A stretch of 64,000 nucleotides of DNA from an uncultured bacterium. GTDB lineage: Bacteria > Oederibacteriota > JAAXVQ01 > JAUVAV01. Position 1 is the stretch's first letter, and each line of letters starts with the position of its first letter. The DNA is taken from positions 1 to 64,000 of the forward strand of contig CAVQBK010000013.1 of assembly GCA_963710755.1 (NCBI GenBank), given 5' to 3'. This document shows positions 50,823 through 60,700 of the stretch, piece after piece. The position numbers and the translations under genes were made by a program. Below the pieces are notes generated by a model that saw only the letters and a program-made list of their open reading frames with translations, searched no databases and was not told where the DNA came from.

Positions 50823-52034
50823 TTAACGCCATCTCCTGGCTACCGTAACGGTGTGACGGTTTCTTAAAGTCATGGGAACAACCGGCTTGTCTATTTTAAC
50901 AGGCAGCGCCGAGTTGTCCGTCAACCCTTCCATTTCTTCCCTGGGGATCGGCTTGCCCAGCAAACGCTCGATATTTTTGACCACATCGGCATCTTCCCAG
51001 GTGGCCAAGGTAAAAGCATCGCCGGTTCGCGCTGCCCGGCCGGTACGACCGATGCGATGGATATAGGTGGTCGCCGTATCGGGCATGTCGTAATTGATAA
51101 CGTGGGAAATACTGGCTATGTCCAATCCACGGGCGGCAATATCAGTAGCCACCAAAATGGAGAGTTTCCCTGATTTTAATTGGGCCAGGGCTTGCTGGCG
51201 CTGACCTTGCGTTTTGTTGCCATGCAGGGCCGCGGCCTTGTGCCCAGCCCGTTTAATTACATCCACCACCCGGTCGGCACGGTGTTTGGTGCGGGTAAAA
51301 ACCAGGATGGTTTGAGCCATGGTTTGCTTGATCAATTCCAGAAGCAGACTGCTCTTCATATTTTGCGCCACTGGATAAAGGGTATGAGAAACCGTATCGG
51401 CCGGGGCTTCAATATCCATGTCGAAACGTTGGGGGTGGCGCAGACTGTTTTTAATCAACCTCTCCATGGCCGGATCAAATGTCGCCGAGAACAGCATGGT
51501 TTGTCTTTCTTTGGGCAATAGCCGAATGATCTTTTGAATGGATGGTAAAAAACCCATATCCAGCATACGGTCTGCCTCATCCAATACTAGAATTTCCACC
51601 TTATCCAGCCGGGCGTGGCCTTGACCGACATGGTCCAGCAGCCGTCCGGGACAGGCCACGATGATTTCAACTCCGTGACGCAACGCATTGATCTGAGGTT
51701 GCATGCCCACACCGCCATAAACCGTGGCGGATTTGAGGAACGTGTATTTGCCCAGGACTTTTACAACATCCTGGATTTGCTCAGCCAACTCCCGGGTAGG
51801 GGTGACGATTAAGGCACGTGTCTTTCCCTTGACCGGTTGTTGCATCAGGCGGTGCAGGATAGGCAGTACAAAAGCAGCCGTTTTGCCGGTGCCGGTCTGG
51901 GCTGTTCCAATCAGGTCCTGGCCGCTCCTGGCCGTGGGGATCACGGCTTCCTGGATGGGCGTCGCCTCCTGGTAACCCGCATCTTTAATGCCACGGATAA
52001 TTTTTTCTTCCAGATTTAATTCTTCAAATTTCAT
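50823..52034 (-). CDS. DEAD-box RNA helicase (RhlE-like)
   Basis: AQTGTGKT, PTRELA, DEAD, SAT, ARGLD, HRIGRTGR; start MKFEEL. Confidence 0.95.
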   Translation of the reverse strand: MKFEELNLEEKIIRGIKDAGYQEATPIQEAVIPTARSGQDLIGTAQTGTGKTAAFVLPILHRLMQQPVKGKTRALIVTPTRELAEQIQDVVKVLGKYTFLKSATVYGGVGMQPQINALRHGVEIIVACPGRLLDHVGQGHARLDKVEILVLDEADRMLDMGFLPSIQKIIRLLPKERQTMLFSATFDPAMERLIKNSLRHPQRFDMDIEAPADTVSHTLYPVAQNMKSSLLLELIKQTMAQTILVFTRTKHRADRVVDVIKRAGHKAAALHGNKTQGQRQQALAQLKSGKLSILVATDIAARGLDIASISHVINYDMPDTATTYIHRIGRTGRAARTGDAFTLATWEDADVVKNIERLLGKPIPREEMEGLTDNSALPVKIDKPVVPMTLRNRHTVTVARRWR

Positions 52035-52255
52035 TGTTTTTCCTTTTTGTTTGCAAGCAAACGGAGATTTAACCCCGTCCAAGCTATGCTTGGAATGACT
52101 TGGGCGCAGGCATATCGGGCACGCCTGTACTGCTGAGTCATTTCAAAACAATAGGCTGACTGCAGGGTTTTCATAAATGAGCGGTTTTTCTGCCGATGAT
52201 TCTTTAGGGTATTAGGAAAAAACGGAAGGTTGTTTTTGCTCGTCATGAAGTCAAT

Positions 52256-52283
52256 AGTATACGCTTTTTCCTTAAAAAGGCAA
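52256..52283 (-). promoter_or_regulatory. Candidate sigma70 promoter for the DEAD-box helicase
   Basis: Minus strand TTGCCT-16 nt-TATACT. Confidence 0.5.
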
Positions 52284-52527
52284 TTAAAACCTTTGCTCAA
52301 ATCAAATTATTTTTTGCCACAAGTTTGGTGATCTCATGGCCAAGCTGAGATGGTAAGGCCGCCGTTCATCGCTTGAGTCCAACTTCAACCATTGTAAATC
52401 CATGCCCTTCAGAGTACAGTCATTACTGTCACAAGTACCACCAAACCATTGACTAAGAGCTAGTGTCAAAAAAGCAGAGATTAAAGCTGGTATGAATCAA
52501 ACATCAGAGTAATAAGAGGAGGCTTCC

Positions 52528-53109
52528 ATGACAAAAAACGTTCTGGTTTTTCTAGGTCATCCTAATAAAGACAGTTTTGACGGCGCACTGGCAGAAGCTT
52601 ATGCTCAAGGTGCCCGGAGTGCCGGCGCCAATGTAAAAGTAATGAAAATTGGTGACATAAAATTTGATCCTATTTTATGGAAAGGGTACAATGCCATCCA
52701 GGAATTGGAACCCGATCTTAAAGAAGCGCAAAACAACATTAAATGGGCGCACCATATTGTTTTTGTTTATCCCACCTGGTGGTCTACCATGCCGGCGTTG
52801 TTGAAGGGCTTTTTTGACCGTATCTGGCTTCCCGGATTTGCCTTTCATTATGAAAACGGTAATTTAAGACCCAAAAAAAAGTTAACCAACCGGTCCGCCC
52901 ACTTAATTTTCACCATGGATTCACCCCCCTGGTATTACGGCTTATTCATGCACGCACCCGGTCATACCATGATGAAAAAGGGCCTTCTTCACTTCAGCGG
53001 CATCCGGCCGGTACGGACCACTGAGATTGGATCCATCAAAACCTCCTCCAAGGAAAAACGGCAGCATTGGCTGGAGATGGTTAACCGTCTCGGCAGCAAA
53101 TTAAAATAA
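52528..53109 (+). CDS. Flavodoxin-like NAD(P)H-dependent (quinone) oxidoreductase
   Basis: GHP...SF, YPTWWSTMPALLKGFFDR, PGFAF. Confidence 0.92.
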   Translation: MTKNVLVFLGHPNKDSFDGALAEAYAQGARSAGANVKVMKIGDIKFDPILWKGYNAIQELEPDLKEAQNNIKWAHHIVFVYPTWWSTMPALLKGFFDRIWLPGFAFHYENGNLRPKKKLTNRSAHLIFTMDSPPWYYGLFMHAPGHTMMKKGLLHFSGIRPVRTTEIGSIKTSSKEKRQHWLEMVNRLGSKLK

Positions 53110-53187
53110 AGGTCTGCTCCCACGGTGATGGTGGTGGTCCCAATTAAAAATGAGGCCCGGGAAATATGATCAAATTAAGCTTGATCG

Positions 53188-55023
53188 TTATAGACCGACC
53201 GGTTTGGGGCCGTGGTGTTTCTGGCCTTTGGCAATGCCTAAATATAAGGCGCTGTTGATTAATCCAATATGGCTGAAAGCTTGGGGGAAATTGCCAATCA
53301 ATTTACGGGTGGCTCCATCCACTTCCTCCGACAGCAGTCCCAAAGAACTGATATAGCTGAGCACCTGTTTGAACAAGTGCTCAGCTTCGTCGATCTTCCC
53401 GACTAAAGAAAGAGCCTTTACCAGCCAAAATGAACATAGTAAGAAGCTCCCTTCCTGTCCAGGCAACCCGTCAGCGCTTTGGTAGCGCAGCACCAGACCA
53501 TGGCCAACCAAAAGATGCTTCTTAACCGCCTCAATAGTTCCCAAGACGCGTTCATCCGTGGGGGGCAGAAAATTAACAAAAGGGATCAATAGGTTGGTGG
53601 CATCCAGAATTTCACTGTCAAAGGACTGGACAAAGCTGTTCAATTCAGGATTGAATCCGCGGGATAGAATGGACTCTTTAATCTCGGCCGCGACCTTTTT
53701 CCATTCGGCCAGCGGGGCCTGAAAAGATTTTGCTTGAGCCATTTTAATCCCCCGGTCCAGCGCCACCCAGCACATCAGTTTGGAATAGACAAAATGATTG
53801 GGTCCGCTGCGCATTTCCCATATACCTGAATCCGGTTCTTTCCAAATTTGAATGACATAATTAACCAAGTCCCTGATCTTCTCCCAATCTCTCTGGTTCA
53901 GGGTTTCTCCATACCGGGTGGTTTCATAGAGGGCATTTATCAATTCCCCAAAGATATCATGCTGGTGTTGATCGGCGGCGGCATTGCCAATGCGCACCGG
54001 GCTGGAATCCTTATAGCCTGATAAATGTTGAAGCACTTTCTCTTCCAGATCGGCTTCCCCATGCAAACCGTACATAATCTTCAGGTGTTCCGGGTCCTTG
54101 GCTTGCTGGAGAACCCCTTTAATCCAACGGCGAAAGGCGCGGGCTTCTTCCTCGTGTCCAAGATGAAAAAGAGCCTGAACCGTAAAAGCCGAATCTCTTA
54201 TCCAGGCGTAACGATAATCCCAGTTGCGCAGGCCGCCGATGCGTTCTGGTAATGATGTGGTGGCAGCCGCGGCAATGGCGCCATTATCAGGATTGGCCAG
54301 TAATTTCAAAACCAATCCCGAACGAATAACCAATTCCTGCCAAGGCGCGTTCACCATGGATAAGGAAGGGCTGGTATGACGGGCCCAATGTTGCCAATAG
54401 TGTTTGGTCTGTTGTAAATATTCTGCACAGCGTTGGGGATCAAGGGGATGGTCATCATTGTAGGACATAATAGTCCAGGCTTGATCGCCGGCTTTGCCCT
54501 GTATGATCCCCTCGGCCTGCTGTTCATTCAATTCAAGCTTTACCGAGATCTGCAGAAATATGAAATGATCACTTCCCGGCTCAGCGGCTTTAAGCCCCTG
54601 CTCCAGAGCAGTCCACTTCGGTGGAAAGGCTCCATAGGACCAGCGCGGTTTAAAGTGGACCCCTAATTCCACCGTGCCCTTCTCCCAACTGATTTTTCGA
54701 AAAAGGGCGCGTCTATACTGATGATGCCCTCTTTTATCCACAGGCATAAAGTCAGTGATGCTTACGATGCCCAGCGGTGTGGTAAAGGTGGTCTTAAGAA
54801 TATTGGTATCGTCCTCATAAACCTGGATGGATTTATATTTAGTTACCGGCCGCAAGGAAAATTGCCCGCCCCCTTGTGTATCCAATAAGGCGGCAAATTG
54901 CGCCGGTGATTCCAGATAGGGGAAACACAACCAGTCCACCGACCCATCGCGGCCGATGAGGCCGCAGGTCTCCAAATTGCCCACAATGCCATAATCTTCA
55001 ATATCTTTAAATACATGCTCCAT
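53188..55023 (-). CDS. GH15 glycoside hydrolase (trehalase/glucoamylase-like)
   Basis: IEDYGIVGN, AAATTSLPE..GG.RNWDYRYAWIRD, DSGIWE, GNFPQAFSH. Confidence 0.93.
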   Translation of the reverse strand: MEHVFKDIEDYGIVGNLETCGLIGRDGSVDWLCFPYLESPAQFAALLDTQGGGQFSLRPVTKYKSIQVYEDDTNILKTTFTTPLGIVSITDFMPVDKRGHHQYRRALFRKISWEKGTVELGVHFKPRWSYGAFPPKWTALEQGLKAAEPGSDHFIFLQISVKLELNEQQAEGIIQGKAGDQAWTIMSYNDDHPLDPQRCAEYLQQTKHYWQHWARHTSPSLSMVNAPWQELVIRSGLVLKLLANPDNGAIAAAATTSLPERIGGLRNWDYRYAWIRDSAFTVQALFHLGHEEEARAFRRWIKGVLQQAKDPEHLKIMYGLHGEADLEEKVLQHLSGYKDSSPVRIGNAAADQHQHDIFGELINALYETTRYGETLNQRDWEKIRDLVNYVIQIWKEPDSGIWEMRSGPNHFVYSKLMCWVALDRGIKMAQAKSFQAPLAEWKKVAAEIKESILSRGFNPELNSFVQSFDSEILDATNLLIPFVNFLPPTDERVLGTIEAVKKHLLVGHGLVLRYQSADGLPGQEGSFLLCSFWLVKALSLVGKIDEAEHLFKQVLSYISSLGLLSEEVDGATRKLIGNFPQAFSHIGLINSALYLGIAKGQKHHGPKPVGL

Positions 55024-55054
55024 CCACCCTCACCTCCCATGCACTAGGGCTCTA

Positions 55055-56449
55055 TTAAGAGCCTCCCATGGCGCGAGGATGCTTGCCTGCTTGCCAATGG
55101 GCTTCAATCTGTTCCAAACTGCGTCCTTTGGTTTCAGGCACCAGGAAAAAGGAAAAGAACCATGAGCCCAGCCCAACGGCAGCATAAATCCAAAACGTGC
55201 CCGGCCTGCCCACAGCCTGAACCAAGGTTAAAAAGGTAAGCGCCACAATCAGATTGGCGCCCCAGTTGGTCACGGTGGCTGCACTCATGGCCAAACCACG
55301 TACTTTCAAAGGATAGATTTCCGAAATTAACAGCCAGAACACAGGCCCCAAGCCAATGGCAAAAGAGGCTACATAAACCATCAAGCTGGCCGTGGCCAAT
55401 GTACCCATGGCCGGCAAGGTTCCGGCCCATTGAAAACAAGCCCCCAAAGCGACTAGACTCAAGACCATTCCCGCCGAGCCGATGAGCAGCAAAGGCCGTC
55501 TGCCCACCCGGTCCAAAAGCAACAGAGACACCAATGTAAATATCATGTTGACCACACCCACCCCCACGGTGGCAAAGATGGCGGCTGCCGACGATTTAAT
55601 CCCGGCAAATTGAAAAATCATGGGTGCATAATAAATAACCGTATTAATGCCCGTCACCTGTTGCAGCACGGCCAAGCCCATGCCCACGATCAGGGCCGGA
55701 CGCAGGCTGGCTTGGAGCAATTCCTTCCAGCCATGGCCGGCTTGTTTGGACAAGCTGCGTTGGATTTCCCGGACTTCTCCCTCCACATCAAAGCCTTTGG
55801 GCCGGATGCGTTTTAAAACAGCTTTGGCTTTATCAGCTTGTTGACGGCTTGTCAGCCAGCGCGGACTTTTAGGCATAAAGAGCATACCCACCGCCAGTAC
55901 TAATGCCGGAATGGCGGCCAGGGCAAACATACCGCGCCAGTCCTGTTTTCCTGCCAGCATATAACCGATCAGGTAAGAAACCACAATCCCAACCGTAATG
56001 GCCAATTGATTAAGCGAAACCAGACTGCCCCTCACCCGCTCCGGTGAAACTTCAGAAATATACATGGGCGCTGTAAAGGAGGCCACGCCAATCGCCATGC
56101 CTACCACCACCCGCCCAGTAATTAACCAGAACACCGTGGGCACCACGGCCGTGCCTATGGCGCCAAAGGCAAAGACAAAGCCTGCCACAATAATCACCTT
56201 GCGCCGGCCCCAGCTATCAGCCAACTTACCGCCCAACGCAGCACCCGCGACCGCGCCCAGGAGCACTGCACTCACCACGATTTCCTGAAGGGTGGAAGAA
56301 AGTGAAAACGCTTTGGCAATAAATAAAATGGCACCGGAAATGACTCCCGTATCATAACCGAACAACATGCCGCTCAACGCGGACAGCGCTGCGGCGACAT
56401 AAATAAAAAATGGATTTTTTCCCGACGTCTTATCTTTGTCATCATCCAT
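55055..56449 (-). CDS. Sugar porter family MFS transporter
   Basis: FGYDTGVISGA, DSWGRR, QQVTGINTVIYY, DRVGRRP, PETKG; start MDDDK. Confidence 0.95.
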   Translation of the reverse strand: MDDDKDKTSGKNPFFIYVAAALSALSGMLFGYDTGVISGAILFIAKAFSLSSTLQEIVVSAVLLGAVAGAALGGKLADSWGRRKVIIVAGFVFAFGAIGTAVVPTVFWLITGRVVVGMAIGVASFTAPMYISEVSPERVRGSLVSLNQLAITVGIVVSYLIGYMLAGKQDWRGMFALAAIPALVLAVGMLFMPKSPRWLTSRQQADKAKAVLKRIRPKGFDVEGEVREIQRSLSKQAGHGWKELLQASLRPALIVGMGLAVLQQVTGINTVIYYAPMIFQFAGIKSSAAAIFATVGVGVVNMIFTLVSLLLLDRVGRRPLLLIGSAGMVLSLVALGACFQWAGTLPAMGTLATASLMVYVASFAIGLGPVFWLLISEIYPLKVRGLAMSAATVTNWGANLIVALTFLTLVQAVGRPGTFWIYAAVGLGSWFFSFFLVPETKGRSLEQIEAHWQAGKHPRAMGGS

Positions 56450-56529
56450 AAAGCTATCTCCCCTCTTTGCCGCAACCACCCCTGCCTTCTGCGCTCCAAT
56501 CTGGGTTCTGTGCTTATGCGGCCTAGGTC

Positions 56530-57531
56530 TTATTTGGACAATAGTTTTACAGCTTGCCTGATCATTTGATTGGCATAGCCCCACTCATTGTCATACCAGC
56601 TCATGACTTTGACCAAATCCTTGTCAATCACTTGCGTCATGTTTAAATCAACAATGGAACCATGTGGATCCTGAACAATATCAGAGGATACAAGTTCATC
56701 TTCCGTCACAGCCAAGGCTTCGCGATAGCGTTCACTGTTGGCCTCTTCGCGAAAAATCCGGTTCACTTCTTCCACACTGGTTTCTTTGCCGACCAACATG
56801 GTGATATCGGCCAAGGAGCCTACAGGTACCGGGGCCCTTACGGCCACGCCATTAAATCGGCCTTCCAATTCCGGCAAGACTTTGGTGGTGGCAATAGCCG
56901 CGCCTGTGCTGGCCGGCACGAGATTGGCGGCCGCTGCCCGACCGCGCCGCAATCTTTTGGCCGGACCATCTACCAGTGATTGGGTAGATGTATAAGCGTG
57001 AATAGTGGTCAGTCCTGCTTTTTTAATGCCCAAATGCCGGTTGATAATTTCCACGACCGGTGTGATGCAATTGGTAGTGCAACTGGCGCAGGAAATGATT
57101 TGTGTGTCTTCGCTCACCTCCGGTCCGGTGCCAAAAACCACCGTGGCCAGCTCAGGGCTTTTGGTTGGAGCCGATAAAATCACCTGTTTGGCGCCTGCCT
57201 TAAGGTGTTTCTGCAGATCTTCGGCCTTGGTAAAATGACCGGTACATTCCAATACCAGATCCACTTCCAGGTCTTTCCAGGGCAATTTTTCCGGATCTTT
57301 TTCACTAAAAAAAGCAATGTCCTTATCCTTGATATGGAGCACTTTATCCTTGGCTTGGGCCCGATAATCATACCGGCCATGGACCGTGTCATAATTGATT
57401 AAATAGGCCACATTCTCTATTGGCACCAAATCATTGACCGCCACCAACTCCAAGTCTTCCCGCTTCAGGATAATCTTCAACGCTGCCCTGCCTATTCTAC
57501 CCATGCCATTAATTGCAACTTTGGCCATCAT
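56530..57531 (-). CDS. gap: Type I glyceraldehyde-3-phosphate dehydrogenase
   Basis: INGMGRIGR, ASCTTNC, WYDNEWGY; GAGGAGG RBS. Confidence 0.96.
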   Translation of the reverse strand: MMAKVAINGMGRIGRAALKIILKREDLELVAVNDLVPIENVAYLINYDTVHGRYDYRAQAKDKVLHIKDKDIAFFSEKDPEKLPWKDLEVDLVLECTGHFTKAEDLQKHLKAGAKQVILSAPTKSPELATVVFGTGPEVSEDTQIISCASCTTNCITPVVEIINRHLGIKKAGLTTIHAYTSTQSLVDGPAKRLRRGRAAAANLVPASTGAAIATTKVLPELEGRFNGVAVRAPVPVGSLADITMLVGKETSVEEVNRIFREEANSERYREALAVTEDELVSSDIVQDPHGSIVDLNMTQVIDKDLVKVMSWYDNEWGYANQMIRQAVKLLSK

Positions 57532-57705
57532 GCACCTCCTCTTTTTTTCTGCTATTTTGACCCAGCGGAGGAGAAGCTGCCAGCGGGATTGGCCACTATT
57601 TATTGATGCCATTCCCCTTGGGCTAATTTTCCCGTAGGATTCTCGATATAAATTAAGGGTGGGATGAGATAAATTCCGGGATAAAGACAAGCAGATGCTG
57701 GTTTT

Positions 57706-60700
57706 TTAAACAGCTGAACCAGGACGTAAAAATCGTTGTTGACGGCCCTTGATTTTTCGTTCTCTTTCGAACAGGTTCCGCGGCGTATGCCCCAAGCTCT
57801 TAAAAGCTGCGTTCAGGTTGATTCGCAAGGACCACCTTAGAAAACCATGCCAGAGCCTGGTCCAACCTAGGTTGGACCAGGACGCGTCCGCTTTCACCAA
57901 CGGGCGGTAGATGTTGGGCAGGGCCACCACAAAGCGTCTTTCGCCTTTCACCATTTCCCAACCCACGTGGAAGTGTTGGCCTGGTCCGCAGATGATGAGG
58001 ATGTCCAGTACCATCTCAGGTTTTTCAAACAAGCCGGCAGCAGCCTTCTCCAGCAGGCTGGCGATGGGGTTGGCGGCATAGGGATTTTGGCCATAACTTT
58101 CTTGAGGATGTTCCAGCGCATGCTTTACGCCCGGAAGATCGCGTACTGTGATGGCGATGGTGTCATCAGTCTGTGATTTTATTCTTATTGCTCTGATCCC
58201 TTGCCAGAGAACGCCTAAGGTTCCGGCCATCACCACTGCAACCGGCACCAGGGTGGAATCCCCAAGAGAAAGCAAGCCCTGCAGCCAAACCGGATTGGCC
58301 CAAAAAGTGCCGGCCTCAGAGGACGTACTGTACGCTAACATCAGCATGAAGGCCAAGGCTCGCACCCTCTTGAAGCGCCCCAAAACAGCCATAGTTCGAT
58401 CCAAATGCCCGGACCAGAAAGGCTGGAAAATTTCCTCCATAACAAACTTAAAATTAAAAACCGCTTGGTCCCATAGATTAACCTTGGGTTCACTCCAGCG
58501 GTCCAAGGCTGATCGAATCTGAACAAGCGAATCCTGCAGAGTTGGTTTAATGAAATTGATCAATTCTCCGGACAGCCAAAACAAAATGAACCCTTTAAGC
58601 AGTTCATCGGTGGCTTGCCGCACGCCCCCGGCTTTGGCTTCCAGCTTGGTGATAAATCGTTGCAACCACACTTGGTCCTGTGTTCCCAGCAGGGTTAAAA
58701 AAGTGAGCAGCAAATATTTGATGGACAGATCGGCTGTATGAAAATGAGTTTTGGCAAAGCGGCGGGCTGCCCGGGCCATCATCATTTTTTTCCACCACGG
58801 CGCGTACAAAAGCTCAGCCATTTTGTCGGCCACGAGCTTACTGAACACACCGGCGTCAGGGACAGGGTCCACGATAAACCCGCTTCGGTTTTGCTGCACC
58901 TGGGCCGGCATGCCGCCTGCATTACGCACGATTGGTGGGATACCCTGGAGCATGGCCTCCACAATGTTAAACTCGAAGCCTTCCCGGTGGCTCAGTTGCA
59001 GGTAAACCATGGGCACATGAAATAATTTCTTCAGAAAAAATAAGGAATTGAGCAGTTGATCGTCACGGGGCATGCGCACAATTTTGATATCGTCCACCAG
59101 CGAAGCCATGGCCGCACGCACCCGGGGATCATCGTCATAAAACAAGTTGATCCAGGCTTTTGAGAGCGGCCGATCAAATTTAAAATCCTGTCCAAAATAC
59201 TGTTGGGCGAAGTCATTCAGCTTCGCCGGGTCCGTATAATACTCATAGCTCATGCCTTGCGCTTTTAGCTGGCAGAGCGTGTAAATGGCATATACATCAG
59301 GATCGTCATTAGCCACATTGCCTTCCAGGACCAGCTGCGGATTAAGCTGATTGATTTCCCGTTGCAAAGCGGCTATATGCCTGCGTTCAAGCCAACGTGG
59401 ATTGGGCCGCGCCTGAAGGCGTTCCAGTTCAGCTTCCAACTTTTGCCGTTGAGGTTGCAATTGCTTTTGCAGTAAATAAAAGGCATTAATAGCATCCTCA
59501 TAGGCTTTGGCAGGATCAAAACGTGCCTTCTGCAAAATGATGGGACGTTGCAGGGAGAGAGCTGTTTGCCCGCCCTGGTCCTGCAAAATGCGGTTAAAGC
59601 GTTGCCCGTAATATGCGGCCAGAGCTTTGGTTCGTGGTTTATTCAGACCAAACCAGTCTCGGGCAGGATACATTTGCAGCATGCGGCCCTTGAATTTATC
59701 AAAAACCTTCGGGGTACCCTCTTTTTCCTGAAACACCATGAGTCCGGCGTTGCTCACGGCATCGGCCAAAAATTCACCATAGCGGGCATTGGGCTGGTCG
59801 GGGTCATCCATTTTGGCACTGTCCAGCTGGATATGGGACCGCCAAAGGATGGGCATATGGAGGCGGGCTAAAAACGGTACTAGCAACGAGGGCTGGGGAT
59901 CATCGACATAAAAGAAAAGATGCTTGTCCTGGTGCTCTTGAATAAATCTTTTCACGCGGGGCTCATTGAAGGCATTAAAGTCGACCAAGGTGGCTTTATT
60001 CTGCTCGGTCAGTTCTTCCTGGCTGACCCCTTGCAGGTTGTTGTGAAATTGCTTGGTGACCAAATAAGGATTGGTGCGCGGTCGGGGTTGAATGACCAGC
60101 CAGTGCACATCCACGCCCAACATGCGTAAAAAACGCAGGTTCTCATGGCGCATGATGGCCACACCGCCGGCAAAGGTGGCCGTATTGACAAACACCAAGG
60201 ATAAGTTCAGTTTAATATAAAGCGCGGCGATAGCCTTTAATGCCCAGTAGCGAAACCAGCCCAGGGCTTTACGATAATCCGCCTTGTCGGCCAGGGGGTG
60301 AATATAGATTTCATCAGTTTGGGGGTTGATATAGCCTTCTTCAGCAGCCACGTACAGGGCCCGGCCAGCCGCCTGGGCGGCGTCTTGTGCAGTTTGAGCA
60401 TGAGAAAAAGGATTGGTGGAAGGTTCGCCCGGCATCGCATAGTCAGGCAAATCATTGGGATAAAACAGGACCGTGTCTGTCCGCCACAGGGCCGCCCGCA
60501 AGGCCCCCGTTTTGCCGCTGAGCGGGGCATGCAACAACCCTGCTGCATCGATACGTACCTGCAAATTCAATTCGCGCCCCAGCACGGTGCGCACTTGTTT
60601 CATTTCCCCAAGCATAACCTTCTGCAACGCACCCGGCGGCGGCAAAGCAGTTTCCCAAGTCACCAGACGGTGCTGCGGTGCCCGAGTAGGATCACTCTCA

